Shown: piece by piece, positions 28,020 through 41,896 of the stretch
Layout of the letters: each line of letters begins with the position of its first letter
Numbering within the stretch: position 1 is the first letter of the stretch
Assembly: GCA_951406725.2 (NCBI GenBank)
Contig: OX597826.1
Location: forward strand, 77,314,001-77,378,000
DNA length: 64,000 bases
Direction of reading: 5' to 3'
Source of the DNA: Octopus vulgaris
Taxonomy: Eukaryota
The notes under the pieces: generated by a model
What the model was told of the DNA's origin: nothing
The model's database searches: none
What the model saw: the letters and a program-made list of their open reading frames with translations, nothing else
Program-made: the position numbers and the translations under genes

Positions 28020-28270
28020 AAGATATTGTCTACCGGGGTTTTGTACTGACTGTCAAGTCACAAGGACCCCAGACAGACAGTACTTCGCGCAATATACATG
28101 CAGTTCCATGTAATGCCGACTTTTTGCTGGATATTTCTAAAGCTTCCAGATGTTTCTTCAAGTTGGGTAGTATTGAAGCCAATGCTCAATGATAGTAGGG
28201 ACAATCTTTATGTTCGACTCTCGTAGCTGCTACATCTTGGCGATCGCAATTCTCAGGCTCTATAGTATCT
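28020..28270 (-). mobile_element. R4/Dong-like (RLE) LINE 3' remnant
   Basis: Terminal GTACILREVLSV motif (cf. LGTARILRKVL) and IKIVPTII. Confidence 0.55.
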
Positions 28271-28759
28271 CTCTATTTAATTTATTGTTTGTAATTTGCA
28301 TCATACCTATATTCATGTGATATTCAACTGACGTAGACAGACAGACAGATAGATAGATACGTAAATACATACATACATACATACATGCAAATTAATGAAA
28401 CTTTATGGCAACTCTTCACACCGAGCTCTTGAGAGAAAGTTAATCACTTTAAAATATGAACTCAGGACGATGAGCGAGAAACTCCGCTTTCGCAAGCGAA
28501 TTTTTGAGCGAGCCAGTATCAATCGATGAAAGTCAATCCCCTAAACCTGTGCATCAACGGTCTCTCTCTATTTTCCCCATTCCACATAAAAAATGTTACA
28601 AGTACCTAGGCATAGACGAAAGTGTATCGTATAAAGGTACTGTGAATAAAGATAGTGACCCGAGAACATTACATCAGACTTAGGAGAATATGGCAGTCGG
28701 AACTCTCCTATTTCAACAAAACAATATCCCACAATGCATTTGCAGTGCCAGTGCTGATC

Positions 28760-29130
28760 CCAACATTTGGGATACTTGATTGGTTTCATACCAATAATAA
28801 TTGGAGCACAAGGTTTTGTTAGTAAATGCTTAAAGGAGAATTTGGATAAACTGAGATTTTCGGAAAGAGAAACTGACCGGCTGGTTCGTACGTTACAAGT
28901 GCAATCTGTCAGTGGAACAGTAAAAATATGCAAGACTTTCCACAAGTTCCGAATGGGAATTTCTCTGTGTTAACTACATCCGAAAGATGGTGTCTTGTAT
29001 CTTTGTTGCAAACCGGGTCCCTCCTCAATGGAAGATTTATAATAATTAAAATATGGAAGAGACATGCATACATAACAAATTTGAAAGCTTCATAAGTGCT
29101 AACGCACGAAATTCTCCCACCTTGAGTCGT
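28760..29130 (+). mobile_element. RLE-type non-LTR retrotransposon 3' end
   Basis: ORF 28767-28973 FIPIIIGAQGFVSKCLKENLDKL...LQVQSVSGTVKICKTF resembles RLE C-termini. Confidence 0.6.
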
Positions 29131-29138
29131 ACTGTTGC

Positions 29139-29186
<48 letters not shown>

Positions 29187-29197
29187 GTGTATATATA

Positions 29198-29270
<73 letters not shown>

Positions 29271-29453
29271 GTGTGTGTGTGTATATGTGTGTATATATGT
29301 GTGTGTATATATGTATGCATGTATTTATACAAATGATAGTGGGTGGGCAGGAAAAGAAGCCGCAAAATATTCTCCACCGATACTCGCTGACACACACACA
29401 CACACACACACACACACCTGTCCTACCTCTCATTCCCCACGCCACCCACGCGA

Positions 29454-29484
<31 letters not shown>

Positions 29485-29645
29485 TCAAATGAACAACGAC
29501 TGAAGAGTCTAAGGTTCGGAGAACAGCGATTAATGGTGGTGGGGTGAGGGAGAACAGTTAACTAAAGTTCACGGTTCAGTGAATCAGTTATGCTTACTTT
29601 AGCTTAACTTCGCTTACCTGCCGCTACCTTCGTGGGGTCGTTCCC

Positions 29646-29680
<35 letters not shown>

Positions 29681-29851
29681 GCTTACTGTCGCCGACCACA
29701 CCATCTTCGTTTCGGAGCCAAGATGGATTTTTGTCAGTCACCGCGTGCCAGCTGACATATTGGTCACAACAGTTCGTTTTGCTCTGAAGGATCTCTCAGT
29801 GCGCCTTCTGTGTGTAGCGGGATGAGCCAATATGTATGTATGTTTGTGTGT

Positions 29852-29887
<36 letters not shown>

Positions 29888-30154
29888 CACACATATAGAT
29901 AGATATGTATACGCTTGTTCATTAAATTTTTCTGTATATATATAAAAATGCGTTCACAAACACATACACACATACGTATATACATACACAGACACACACA
30001 CACACACATATATATATACACACATACACATGTATATATATATATATGCACGTATATATATATATATACATGTATATATATATACACACACATGTATATA
30101 TATACATATACACACACATGTATATATTTATATATATATATATATACACACACA

Positions 30155-30190
<36 letters not shown>

Positions 30191-30224
30191 CACACACATA
30201 TATATATATATATACACACACATG

Positions 30225-30275
<51 letters not shown>

Positions 30276-30314
30276 TTATATATATATAAACATATATATA
30301 TATACACACACATG

Positions 30315-30346
<32 letters not shown>

Positions 30347-30779
30347 TTTATACGTCTGTGCGCGCGCCTATGATATATACGCTTGCCTGTATGCGTGTAT
30401 TTGCTGGCGGATAATCTACAATACACAGATTAAGTCGTAGTTTCAACGTAATTAACTAGTGTACTGCTAAAAAAAAAAAACAAGACAAAACAGTAAAAAA
30501 GAAAGCAATAAAAAGTAAGTCAACAAATGGTGTTACCCCATTCTTTGGGTCAACAACAGCGGAGCGATATAAATTACTAATATTTGTCTAATATCGCAAA
30601 TGTTTGCCTAGGAACAAAATTGTTAGGCTCGTGTTTGCAATCGGTTTTGTGTGCTTTTTGTACCGTCTGAGCTTGCGTTGGGATCTGTGTGTGTGTTTTG
30701 GTGAGCGTGTGCGCGTTTGTATTAATGTATGAATGTTCGGGCTTCTGTAATATCAACGTTTGTTTTATTGTGTGTGTAT

Positions 30780-30837
<58 letters not shown>

Positions 30838-30907
30838 CCTGGTGAATGCGTATCTCTGTCTATGAATATAATGTTGAATAATTACCTTTTAATATCTATG
30901 TGTTTTA

Positions 30908-31300
30908 TGTGTGTGTGTCTGTGTATATGTTCGATTGTGTGTGTGTGTGTGTCTGTGTATATGTTCGATTGTGTGTGTGTATGTGTGTGTCTGTGTATAT
31001 GTTCGATTGTGTATGTGTGTGTCTGTGTATATGTTCGATTGTGTATGTGTGTGTCTGTGTATATGTTCGATTGTGTATGTGTGTGTCTGTGTATATGTTC
31101 GATTGTGTATGTGTGTGTCTGTGTATATGTTCGATTGTGTATGTGTGTGTCTGTGTATATGTTCGATTGTGTATGTGTGTGTCTGTGTATATGTTCGATT
31201 GTGTGTGTGTGTGTGTCTGTGTATATGTTCGATTGTGTGTGTGTGTCTGTGTATATGTTCGATTGTGTGTGTGTGTCTGTGTATATGTTCGATTGTGTGT
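30908..31300. repeat. About 32-bp minisatellite (gtctgtgtatatgttcgatt plus (GT)n)
   Basis: About 12 units with an invariant 20-bp core. Confidence 0.95.
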
Positions 31301-31302
31301 GT

Positions 31303-31338
<36 letters not shown>

Positions 31339-31729
31339 CGCGTGTCTGAGTGTGTGTATGTTCTTAATCATGAATGTGTATGAATATGCGCCTGGTTGTT
31401 TCTGCATGTGTGTTTCTATGTATATATGTATGGATGGATGGATGTGCGCGTGAGTGTGTGTATGCTTGTGTAAGATATTCGTTTACACTTCATGAATACC
31501 ACACAAACAACATGTCAATAATAGGTATGGGTATTGGATATGCCTCAATATATCTATTAGATATGTGTCTCTGTGTGTTATATGATAGATACAACATTGG
31601 TATTTTGATATCAATTACAACAGAAACATTACAACAAACAACGAAAAGACTCTCTCTTGATTTTTAGTTCCACAAATGGTGTGCTTTATATGCATCCAGG
31701 CATTCAAACATAATATATTACATACATAC

Positions 31730-32399
<670 letters not shown>

Positions 32400-32728
32400 A
32401 ACAAATAAACAAACGATCGTTCTCTTCTTCTCACAATGAAATTCTCATTGTTTAAAATATCCGGGCTCGGTACAATGAGGAAACTAGTGTCAGCAATTAT
32501 GTATGTTAGTACCAACTAAATAAACAGTATGAACAACGCAGGAGCGATTTGGTAAATTCCCTGCACGCCTTTAAAAAGAATAAATGTTCTGAAAGGCAAA
32601 CAGCTTCCAAAACGCCTGGTGCTGCCCTCTACATGCTATATATATTTGTTTAAGGAGGTTTCCTCTTAGAAATTATTACTCTGATCTATAATCGGGGTAA
32701 CATACTTACCTATCAGGCGGTTTTTAAG

Positions 32729-33687
32729 CTAGCTTCTGTGGAGCGCTCTTCATTGGGCCTTAGGCCCAACAATGACACTTCATACATTGAGTACATATCA
32801 AATTTTATTAAACTTGACCAATATTTTTCAAGCAATGAACAATTTTCATCAAAACAAGGATATAATTTGTCTATTTGGAACTTATTGCAAAGCTGCAGGA
32901 TAAACAGCACATTTTGTCTTCCCATTCGGGGTCCGTACAAATAGCTTGTTTCCATTCCCTACCCTTGAACAACCAGCATATAGGTGGCCGTAGGCAACAA
33001 TAAACTTACTCTTTAAAAATTCAATGATAATTCTTCTGCCGCCACCTAATTTAAAGGCAATTCGATGTACGTAGGACCTTTCTTTTCGTACAAACAATTA
33101 TTTGTAGTAGCTGGTACGTATCTAAACTCCTGTCGCTAATCACTATTTCAAAGTGCGATTTTTATGGTTGGGAATTGCTCTAAACGTATTTTACCATAAA
33201 GAGATTTGAAATTTAGTATGTTTTAAGGTAATAATAAAATTAGTCGAATCTATTTTCATGCAGTCGGAGTGCGTTAAGTTTCCATAGCTCCGACGGCATG
33301 AAAATAGGTCCGACAGATTTTATTTATATCTGAAAAAATACTAGAGTTTCCAACATTCTTGTAGTAGAGAATTATGAGAGGTAATATTATATGAGAGAGT
33401 GAGTTCAGTACGTATTTGAGTTCCGAATATTATGAAGCACGAGGTATGGTTAAATTACTTGATACAGTTATAATATTTAGAGAAAAAATTTTTTTAAATG
33501 TTTATTTTGGAAATTACTTTTGGAAATAGTTATAATATTTAAAGAAATATTTTTTCAAAATGTTAGGATTAAGAAAAAGTCAAGAATGAAGAAGAGTCAT
33601 TGAATAGTGAGAGAGAGAGAGGGTGGGAGGAGTAAAGTTGAAAAAGTGTGACACACTGACATTCGCTTTCGCATTTGATATTATAGA
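32729..33687 (-). mobile_element. Non-autonomous Helitron with helicase C-terminal remnant
   Basis: 5' end A|TCTATAATATCAAATGCGAAAG; peptide GHLYAGCSRVGNGNKLFVRTPNGKTKCAVYPAALQ* (PIF1-like RepHel terminus); hairpin ttgggcctaaggcccaa then CTAG; base after CTAG is not the canonical T. Confidence 0.75.
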
Positions 33688-34040
33688 TGATGGTAATCAT
33701 TTCTACATATACGTCTAGAAAGGAAATTGCGTGGAAGATGTTTGACCATATGTTTACTTGATCAGGTCGGATCAGCAGTTAAATAATAATAGCAACAAAA
33801 TTAATTCAGGTGAGACAGAGACAGAGACGGAGAGAGAACCCATGCAGTGGTTTAACTTGCAAGAAATCTCACTACCCAAACCATACCAAGCCATTTGAAA
33901 AAAATGCAAGGCACTTAAGATAAGACTGTTCCAGAGATATTATGTTTAAAAGAAAATTGGTTCGGTCACAGCTGAAGCGTCTTCTATCATAGCATTGCAC
34001 AATTAGGGATGCCAATTAGATTAACAACAGCAATAGCAGT

Positions 34041-34412
34041 GGAGGCGCAATGGCCCAATAGTTAGGGCAGCGGACTCGCGGTCGGAGGATCGTGGTTTCG
34101 ATTCCCAGACCGGGCGTTGTGTGTGTTTATTGAGCGAAAACACCTAAAGCTCCACGAGGCTCAGGCAGGGTGTGGTGGCGACCCCTGTTGTACTCTTTCG
34201 CTCCAACTTTCTCTCACTCTTTCTTCCTGTTTCTTGTCCCCGACTTCCTACGCAACTGCTGAACCTGGATGCGCATTCATCCATCCGTCGATGCTCTCGG
34301 TGTCGCGGGCTGGCCTGCTTTCTCTTCTGCGGGTCTTATGAATAGCAAAGGACCACGTTTCGGACTTCTCCCACTAATGGGACGAAGACTGCTTCGCTCA
34401 ACAAACAAACAA
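34041..34412 (+). mobile_element. SINE family C
   Basis: Full-length match to 14441-14815. Confidence 0.87.
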
Positions 34413-35221
34413 ATAACAATAGCAATCAAGCAATTCGTAAAGCCGAAGCTTATCTGACTTTCAGAACTGAACTGAATCTATCTTCGCCATTTCTCCCTGT
34501 AAGTTATATCAAAGGATTAATAATATGAATCTGTTGGCGAATTTCTATGTCTCGACTACAGTAAAGTATCCGAAGCTTTCTCGTCAAAAAGCGATCGAAA
34601 ATTGGCATTTAATAAAAAATGAAAGGCTAGTGAAAATCGAAGCAGTCCTTATATTGGACATAAATCAATAAATCAATGTGATGCTAATAAAACTTCCTAC
34701 CTTTCAACGTGGAGAAAGAAAGGTAGTGTTTATTTCAGCAGGATTTGAACTCAGACCACGAAATGATGGAACAAATAGCCCAAAGCATTCTACCCCGATA
34801 GTTTATCGACTATATCGACTATATCGACTATATAAACCCAGCGAACATCCACCATGGGTCATCACATTTGCTTAAGGTAAAAATGAATTCCTCGCTCTTT
34901 CGGAAACATCAATCTTCTGTATTGACCGCTTTCCACCACTTTGATCTGTTTTTTGTATTGAATACGTATCGCCACCGTGGGCCACTGCATCGAACACTTT
35001 GAACATATACTTCAAACTATATATCAACTATACATGAACTCTAAGATGTCTGACTCCGTTGTGTATTATAAATGAATTTCTTGTGTTTGACGGCATGAGC
35101 TGTCTTTTTTTATATAACTTTTTTTGATTAAGTTCATTTCAGGAACTGAAACATGTTATAATGTATATATATAAAAATTAAAAATTGTATAATACAGCAG
35201 CATTTTCGAACTTCATTTTTT

Positions 35222-35301
<80 letters not shown>

Positions 35302-35474
35302 TTATATTATGTGTGTGCGCGCGCGTATGTATGTATATGTATATATATACATATATAGATAGATAGATTTATATTATGTGTGTGTGCGCGTATGTATATA
35401 TATATATATGTAACTATACATATATATATGTCCACACACAAACATGCATATATATATGTACCTATACATATGTG

Positions 35475-35505
<31 letters not shown>

Positions 35506-35872
35506 GTATATATCTATCTATATATATGTATGTATGACGTGTGTGTGTGTGTTGTGTGGACGGCGTCACGCACAGTCAGGCAAACAAACAAACTAAAAGC
35601 AAAGATAAATATTGATTAATAATTATTGAGTGTAATAATTAAGTATTTATCAGCTGATTCAGTAGTTGTGATAACCTTAGTAGTACGAAAATGTTTTTTA
35701 TCGGATAGACATATATTACAGCGATCAAAGACAGACATTTGGGAGGACGTAACCGAAGACACTGGAGATGGCTTCCAAAGTAAATACATGTCATATAAAG
35801 CCACTCTCTACATTATCGCTGATACGGTCTTAAATCCAAATGACGCCATCTTTAAAATTTTTTTTATATTCA

Positions 35873-36169
35873 TTAGTTTCAGTCAATTCACTGCAGCCAA
35901 GCTGGGACATCGCTTTTAGTCGAACAAATCGAACCCGGGACTTATTATTTTTGAGTCTGGTACTTATTCTGATTATGTCGGTCTCTTTTGCCGAACCACT
36001 AAGTTACAGGGACGTAAATCGGCCAACACCGTCGTCAATATTGGCGGTGGGGAAGCCTCAAACGCAAACACAGACACATAAATGTATAAAAAAACTCTTC
36101 AAGGCGGTGCTCCAGCATGGCCGCAGTCAAATGATTGAAACAATATAAAATATAAAAGAATGTATATAT

Positions 36170-36221
<52 letters not shown>

Positions 36222-36270
36222 CTTCTTTCAGTTTCCGTCTCCTAAGATAACTCAGGCTTTGGTCTCCCGG
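35873..36270 (-). mobile_element. SINE family A, with a plus-strand tail fragment nested at about 36095-36150
   Basis: tcggtctcttttgccgaaccactaagttacagggacgtaaa; gcttctttcagtttccgtct. Confidence 0.7.
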
Positions 36271-36879
36271 GACGCGAATTTTTTTCCCACGAGAGTTCTG
36301 GATCCCAATTATGAACTCATTTGCATAGAGCCAATCAGAGCTCAACTAACAAACTAATTTATGAGCGCCCAACAAGTGATGGGCGATAAGATAAGGTCAC
36401 TTGTGTAAGGAATGACCATGCTTCTTTTCTCTTCTAAAAATGCTTGTTGTTCTTGTTTCAACCGTGGTTGCCTCTGCGTAGTTATTTGTGTTGTTGTTTA
36501 CTTTGTAAAACAGCAAAGGGAGAGGGTTGCGTGCTCACCACCCTCTACCCACACTTTTCCCATCCAGATCTTTAACATATGGGGCCCTAACAAAATCCGA
36601 TAATAGGTATAGATGCGAATCTATCTAATTACTTGTCTCCTAAACTAAGGCTTAATTTGGCGATCGGTCGACTCACAACATCGTTCTTCGTCTTGAGTTT
36701 TCTTGGTAGAGTGCGAAGTTGACAAGGTCAAAGTGAGCTCTAATTGGCTGTATGTAAATGAGTTTATTACTGGGGTCAGGAAGTCTCGTGGGGAAAAAAT
36801 TTCGCGTCCGGGACTATTGTAAAAGACACTTGTCCAAGGTGCCATGCAGTGGGACTGATCCCCAGAACCATGTTGGGAG

Positions 36880-37515
36880 TGGCCTTTCTCAACGGGAATT
36901 CTTTGATATCAGTGAAAGTTGCAGCATCACCCTCCCAGAAATGAAACCGCATTGAGGGCCTCATTTGAACGATGTAGAGAGCCAGAATATATTCCAGTGG
37001 GGTTATTTCAGCCCCTACTGGAATAGGGTCTGAAATACATTCTGGCCCTAATGAGAAGAGCTAGTGTTTGGGATGCAGTGCAAGTTATGCTAAAGTTACA
37101 CTTCGCCTGGAGGAATCACCAGTGATAGTTTGACCAAGCATCTGGTGCGAGTATAAAGACTCTGAGTATTACTTCTCGTTACGGAAAGGTTTTCTTGCTA
37201 TGAGTTGTGACTGAGATTCGTTTTGGTTGACAGTTTAGGTCAACATGGTTACATTGGAGGTCGTTATTAAGGTCTTCGTTTACGTAATCAGTATAAGATC
37301 GGTGTGAGTTGTGTAGATTGCTTGAGGAAGATGCATGGTTAAGAAAGATAAGGAAAGAGGAACGGGGTTGTTGCAAGTAGGGGAAGTTGATTATTGATGT
37401 AAAGAAAGAGAGGGACAGAACCGAAACTTGAGGAATACCAGAGCTGACTGAGAGTGCAACAGAAAGCTCTCCGTCAACGCGTGCTGGAAAGGTGCGATCT
37501 GATGCCATCTGGGAG
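36880..37515 (-). mobile_element. Old LINE (CR1/L2/Jockey group) RT remnant
   Basis: SDRTFPARVDGELSVALSVSSGIPQVSVLS (cf. GVPQGSVLSP); heavily decayed. Confidence 0.65.
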
Positions 37516-37966
37516 GTGAGAGATGTGAGTACTGCATCAGATCTACCACTACAATTATTACTACACTATCGACACCACAAACGCACCCACCACTACAACA
37601 ACAATCACCACAGCAAACAAGAGAGCACAATTATCACAGTCGTTTTCCATACCCTTGCAATTATAACAACCAGTTGCGCACTCGCATCAACGGCTGCCAC
37701 TTAGACACCAGCAAATCGGCGCTGGTTTTACATTGTTTCGGATCTATAACTGGCTGCAGAGTGTTAGGAGAGGTGGTGGTGGTGGTGTGAGCAGCAATAG
37801 TGGAAGAGAGATCAGTTATACAAACACGTCTTGACACACCACGAATATCTATCGAATTATGCCTTCTGTATGTATGCTTGTATATAAAGAGAGACAGATA
37901 GAGAGATAGATAGACAATGTATATGTATACACACACACGCATACACACACACACACACACACACAT

Positions 37967-38005
<39 letters not shown>

Positions 38006-38077
38006 CACACACACACATATAAAACTTACTTGGAAGAGGATGCGTGGCGTCCAATCATAATATAAATAAATAAATAA

Positions 38078-38112
<35 letters not shown>

Positions 38113-38118
38113 TGTATG

Positions 38119-38165
<47 letters not shown>

Positions 38166-38529
38166 TCATGCATTTATCTCTGTGTGTGTATGCATGTACG
38201 TATGCATGCATTTAGGTAAGTACGTATGTGTGTATATAACGTATATATATACGCACATGCTTCAAATAAGCATGTAATAGCTTTAAGTGACATTGGTAAA
38301 CACCAGAACCATGGCTGGATAATCAACAGCTATGTTATTACGGCAATAATTATGTCCAAATTATCCAACGTAATTGTCATCAGCAGCAACAGCAGCCGGG
38401 AACCACACTGAGCAACAGTGTCATTCAGTTCGTTGTCCTCCTCCTCATCATCCTCATCAAGATCGTAACTGCCATTGTCATCAGAACATTTTTGCTGAAT
38501 GAAGATTTTTAAAAGCTAAATTAAATGTG

Positions 38530-38880
38530 AGAATCATCGTAGAAACAATGAATTTGAAGACTGCATCAATGACAAGATTTGGATTCGGAAATGAATGGGT
38601 GAATAGGGAACTAAAGAATACGGAGAGGAAGATGGGGAAAGTGGCTGGCGTTGTGCAGAAATATGCATCTCCAATCAGATGGGGACGAGTTATGCTGGAA
38701 TAAAGCAGAACGGGAAAGAGGTTTAATGAGGGTTGAAAGGATAGTAGAGCTAAAGAAGATAAGTCGGGGTTGCTATTTAGAAGTAAAAGAAGAAATTCTC
38801 CTCAAGGAGGTAATAAGCGAAAAACTATTTGCAGAATGCGTAGAATCTGAGAAAATTTCAGAAAGAGAAAATCAAAAGAA
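38530..38880 (+). mobile_element. R4/Dong-like RT thumb remnant
   Basis: MHLQSDGDELCWNKAERERGLMRVERIVELKKISRGCYLE resembles HPKSDVDRLY...GGRGL. Confidence 0.55.
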
Positions 38881-39249
38881 ACTTCACTTAGAAATTATTA
38901 GAGATTTTAGGGGTTTTAGTCAAACAAATTGATCCCAGTACCTTTTATTAATTATTTTATAATAAGAGATACATTGGTGCGCAATTAACTCGATAAAAAT
39001 TATAATTAAAGTGTATAATAATTGGTCATAGAGAGGAATTTGTGTTCTTGGCTCGGAGTTTAGTAAAAGAATGAAATAAAAATTGTCGCTAATGATGCTA
39101 CATAATATAATTTTGCCTACAAAAATCAGATTTTCTCTCAGTTTTTATCTGTCTGTATATCTATCAGTCCATTTTTAAGCGTGTGTATGTGTGCGTGCAT
39201 ATGTGTGTGTGTGTATACTCCATGTCTGTACTGTGTAAAAGTATAGTGC

Positions 39250-39289
<40 letters not shown>

Positions 39290-39475
39290 TCGCCATGATA
39301 GATTGTTAGGCACTACACACAATTTTTTCTCTCCTTGTTTCTGTGTCCCTTTCTGTAGAAGAGCGTTGGCTCGAAACGTAAAAGACTTTTTCTATTCCTG
39401 AGCGTTATACTAATACATCTGTTTGTTTTCCACACCACCTGTCTTCGTCTTTTGTGTTTTCGTAAACTCTCCCTA
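39290..39475 (+). mobile_element. Short (TA)n-embedded element with a variant hammerhead
   Basis: Shares ttcctgagcgt downstream of the ribozyme with the 32099 family; its 3' end recurs inverted at 55909-55975. Confidence 0.7.
39349..39384 (+). ncRNA. Minimal hammerhead motif with A6U core variant
   Basis: cttt CTGTAGA a gagc-gttg-gctc GAAA cg TA aaag; perfect stems I and II, GUA site. Confidence 0.65.
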
Positions 39476-40039
39476 TATATACATATACATATTCAGATGT
39501 GTGTGTGTGTGTGTGTGTACCTGTACTTTGTATATTGGATTTGTGTGTACACAATCTAAAAGAAAAACAACAAAAAGAGTTGCTAATCCCGAGCGGTAGA
39601 AAAGTGCACAATATGTGCTGTGATTATTCCTCACATTGTGCCCATCAAGATGAGCTGAAGGATCGGGAATGTTTTGAGCCCAGATTTGCAACCTATGGAG
39701 AAAGCAAATGACTTTTAAGAATAGAAACGAACGCCTGTTATTCAGGCTGTGAAGTGTGTAGCATGGTCGGTTCTACACTCCACGGCGTGTCTAGAAAAAA
39801 ACCCGTGTGTTTTTGAAAGCAACATGTTAAATAAAGTTCTCGCATATTTATTATAAATGTTGACACCAACAACGAATTGGTGTCCGGTCAATTTTTCGTC
39901 GTTTAATTTGTCCTCGGTCAATTCGTCGTCAGTCAATTCGTCAAGATCATAGGAAAAATGGAAGAACGAATATCTGAATTAAAAAACGTTTATTTTAAGG
40001 TTTGTTATATTACATATTTATTTTTTCTTCAAATTTAGT

Positions 40040-41774
40040 ATTGTGTGCAACTGCTTATAGAAAAATACGTTTTTGGCTTGGATTATCTTTTTCCATGACA
40101 TTCTTTATATGCAGGTTCATATATCTGCGTTTTTTTCTTTAGGCTTGGTTCTTCTCATTGTAATTTGGTACTGGCAAACCTTTCCTTACATTCAATCACA
40201 TCAATAAGTTTCCAAACATTTGGATGACTAATATTCTCTGAGTTTTCCAGAGAGTTGTGGTAGGCTTCTAAACTATTTGTAGTAAGAGGAATCCCCGTCA
40301 TACATCGATCCCAAACATTCCATATAGGTAATAAAAATGGGGGTTCAAAGCATCTTTTTCCTCAAGGTGGTCCTATATAATTGTTTTCAAAATAGGACAC
40401 AATTGACAGTGGTGTATCATCATCATCCACAAGCTGTTCATATCCGCCTACAACATCATCAACCGGCAGGAAGGCAAGGGCTACAAAACACCGCATTTTT
40501 AGACTAAAACTGTCATCTTAGTAATATCTGAATCTTAGTCCCTTTTGCACAACATGCTTGTAAACATTTTGTCCTAAATGAAACAAGCAGCATGCCAAAT
40601 TCGACCCAGGAAACGATTCCAGAAATCCGTTTTGGGTTGCTTTTTCGGAATCCATTATTATATTACATCGAACAACAAAGATTTTGCTATTAGGGTAAAA
40701 TCATGTGTTTTAGACTCAATCGGGGATGCTGATTCCGAATCTGCACTCAGAATTATTGTAGCACGTCAAGATTTTGAGTTATGCGCATGCGCAAGATTAT
40801 AACTATACTTTCGACTAGATATAGGCCGTATTATAACATGTGCTAAAATGAAAGCGGTTTTAATTCAAAATTTAAAAAATAACAGCAATAAAACAAACGA
40901 TGAGAAAGTTCATTATTTAGTTTAGCAATAGATGGCGCTGACGTATTGTGCGCAAGCGCCAAATACGTCAGTTTGTTCTTGGTAACTTTCAGCGTCGCTT
41001 GCGCTACCGATATGTGTTGTATGTGTATCAATAATTTTTCTTTGGCCAGTGTTATCAGGTCCCTCGTTCTGCAGCAATTCTTTTATTTTGGCAAGAAGTC
41101 TACCATATGTGTCTTGACTTTTGTCAGAGACCAATGCGAACAATCGCGAGGCAATAAAATTATCAATTTGAATGTGAAGTATATCTAACTGAAAAATTAT
41201 ACTAGAGCAGCACTTAAATGTTCCATCTGCCGCCCAGTTCTTGTGCTGTTTTAACCATTGAAGTGCTTCGTCACTTGCAAATATTAGTATTCGTGCTGAA
41301 TCTTTCATTTCGCTGTCATACTGTAAAAATGCTTCATCATTGTCAAGGTAGGAGTATTCACTTGGAATGGGAAACTCAACATTTGTAAGTGGGGTGGCAG
41401 GATAATTGGAATCAGTTTGCCTCCAACGTTTAATATTCCTATTAAGGTGTACAGTTGTTTAAATTCTGAACTTCACAGGTGATAACTGAGCGAAGAGCAT
41501 CGCGAGATGAAATAGACTTTACTTTAATATTTGAAACCATTATCTTTGCATTTACCTCTGCAGCAGTTGAAGCGTGATTATGGATCCCAATCTTTTTAAG
41601 CGCTTTATAATTTTCATCCGTTTGAAGTCTCGCCTTGCACACACGATTTTCGTATCTCTTATATATCTTCAATCCATCTACATTCTGCTTATTTTTTTTT
41701 GTGTATATATAATTTTTTTGATCGACCACTTTGATTTTTTTTCCTTTCTCTGAAGTTATCTTGCAGGTAGTCAT
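40040..41774 (-). pseudogene. FLYWCH-like plus MULE-domain transposase pseudogene
   Basis: ORF 41442-41774 (C...ARLQTD...HNH), ORF 40922-41308 (WAADGTFK), then IMDSEKA, CLFHLGQ, ALAFLP, YFENNYI, TTNSLEAYHN; stops and one insertion. Confidence 0.9.
40665..41051. mobile_element. Non-autonomous DNA element nested in the MULE transposase
   Basis: Interrupts the frame between NEGPDN and IMDSEKA; weak terminal inverted similarity (catcgaacaacaaag vs cactggccaaagaaa); superfamily uncertain. Confidence 0.65.
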
Positions 41775-41853
41775 GTTGATGGGTGGATATATTGAATAAA
41801 TTTAATTCGATTTGCTTGAAAATCTTTGATCATAACCTGTTCAGCGCAGATAC

Positions 41854-41896
<43 letters not shown>

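Noticed and set aside
29764-30440. Many overlapping YI/CV/HT-rich ORFs here and throughout the window
   Set aside because: Stop-free dinucleotide repeats on both strands; not genes
30908-31300. Invariant 20-bp repeats with variable spacers resembling a CRISPR array
   Set aside because: Spacers are only (GT)n variants, the context is eukaryotic and there are no cas genes; it is a minisatellite
32702-32712. atacttacct matching the U1 snRNA 5' end
   Set aside because: Similarity ends after 10 nt; at most an isolated minus-strand donor-like site beside the Helitron end
35616-35919. Non-repetitive ORFs on both strands
   Set aside because: No recognisable motif or splice signals, and the longer one runs into a SINE
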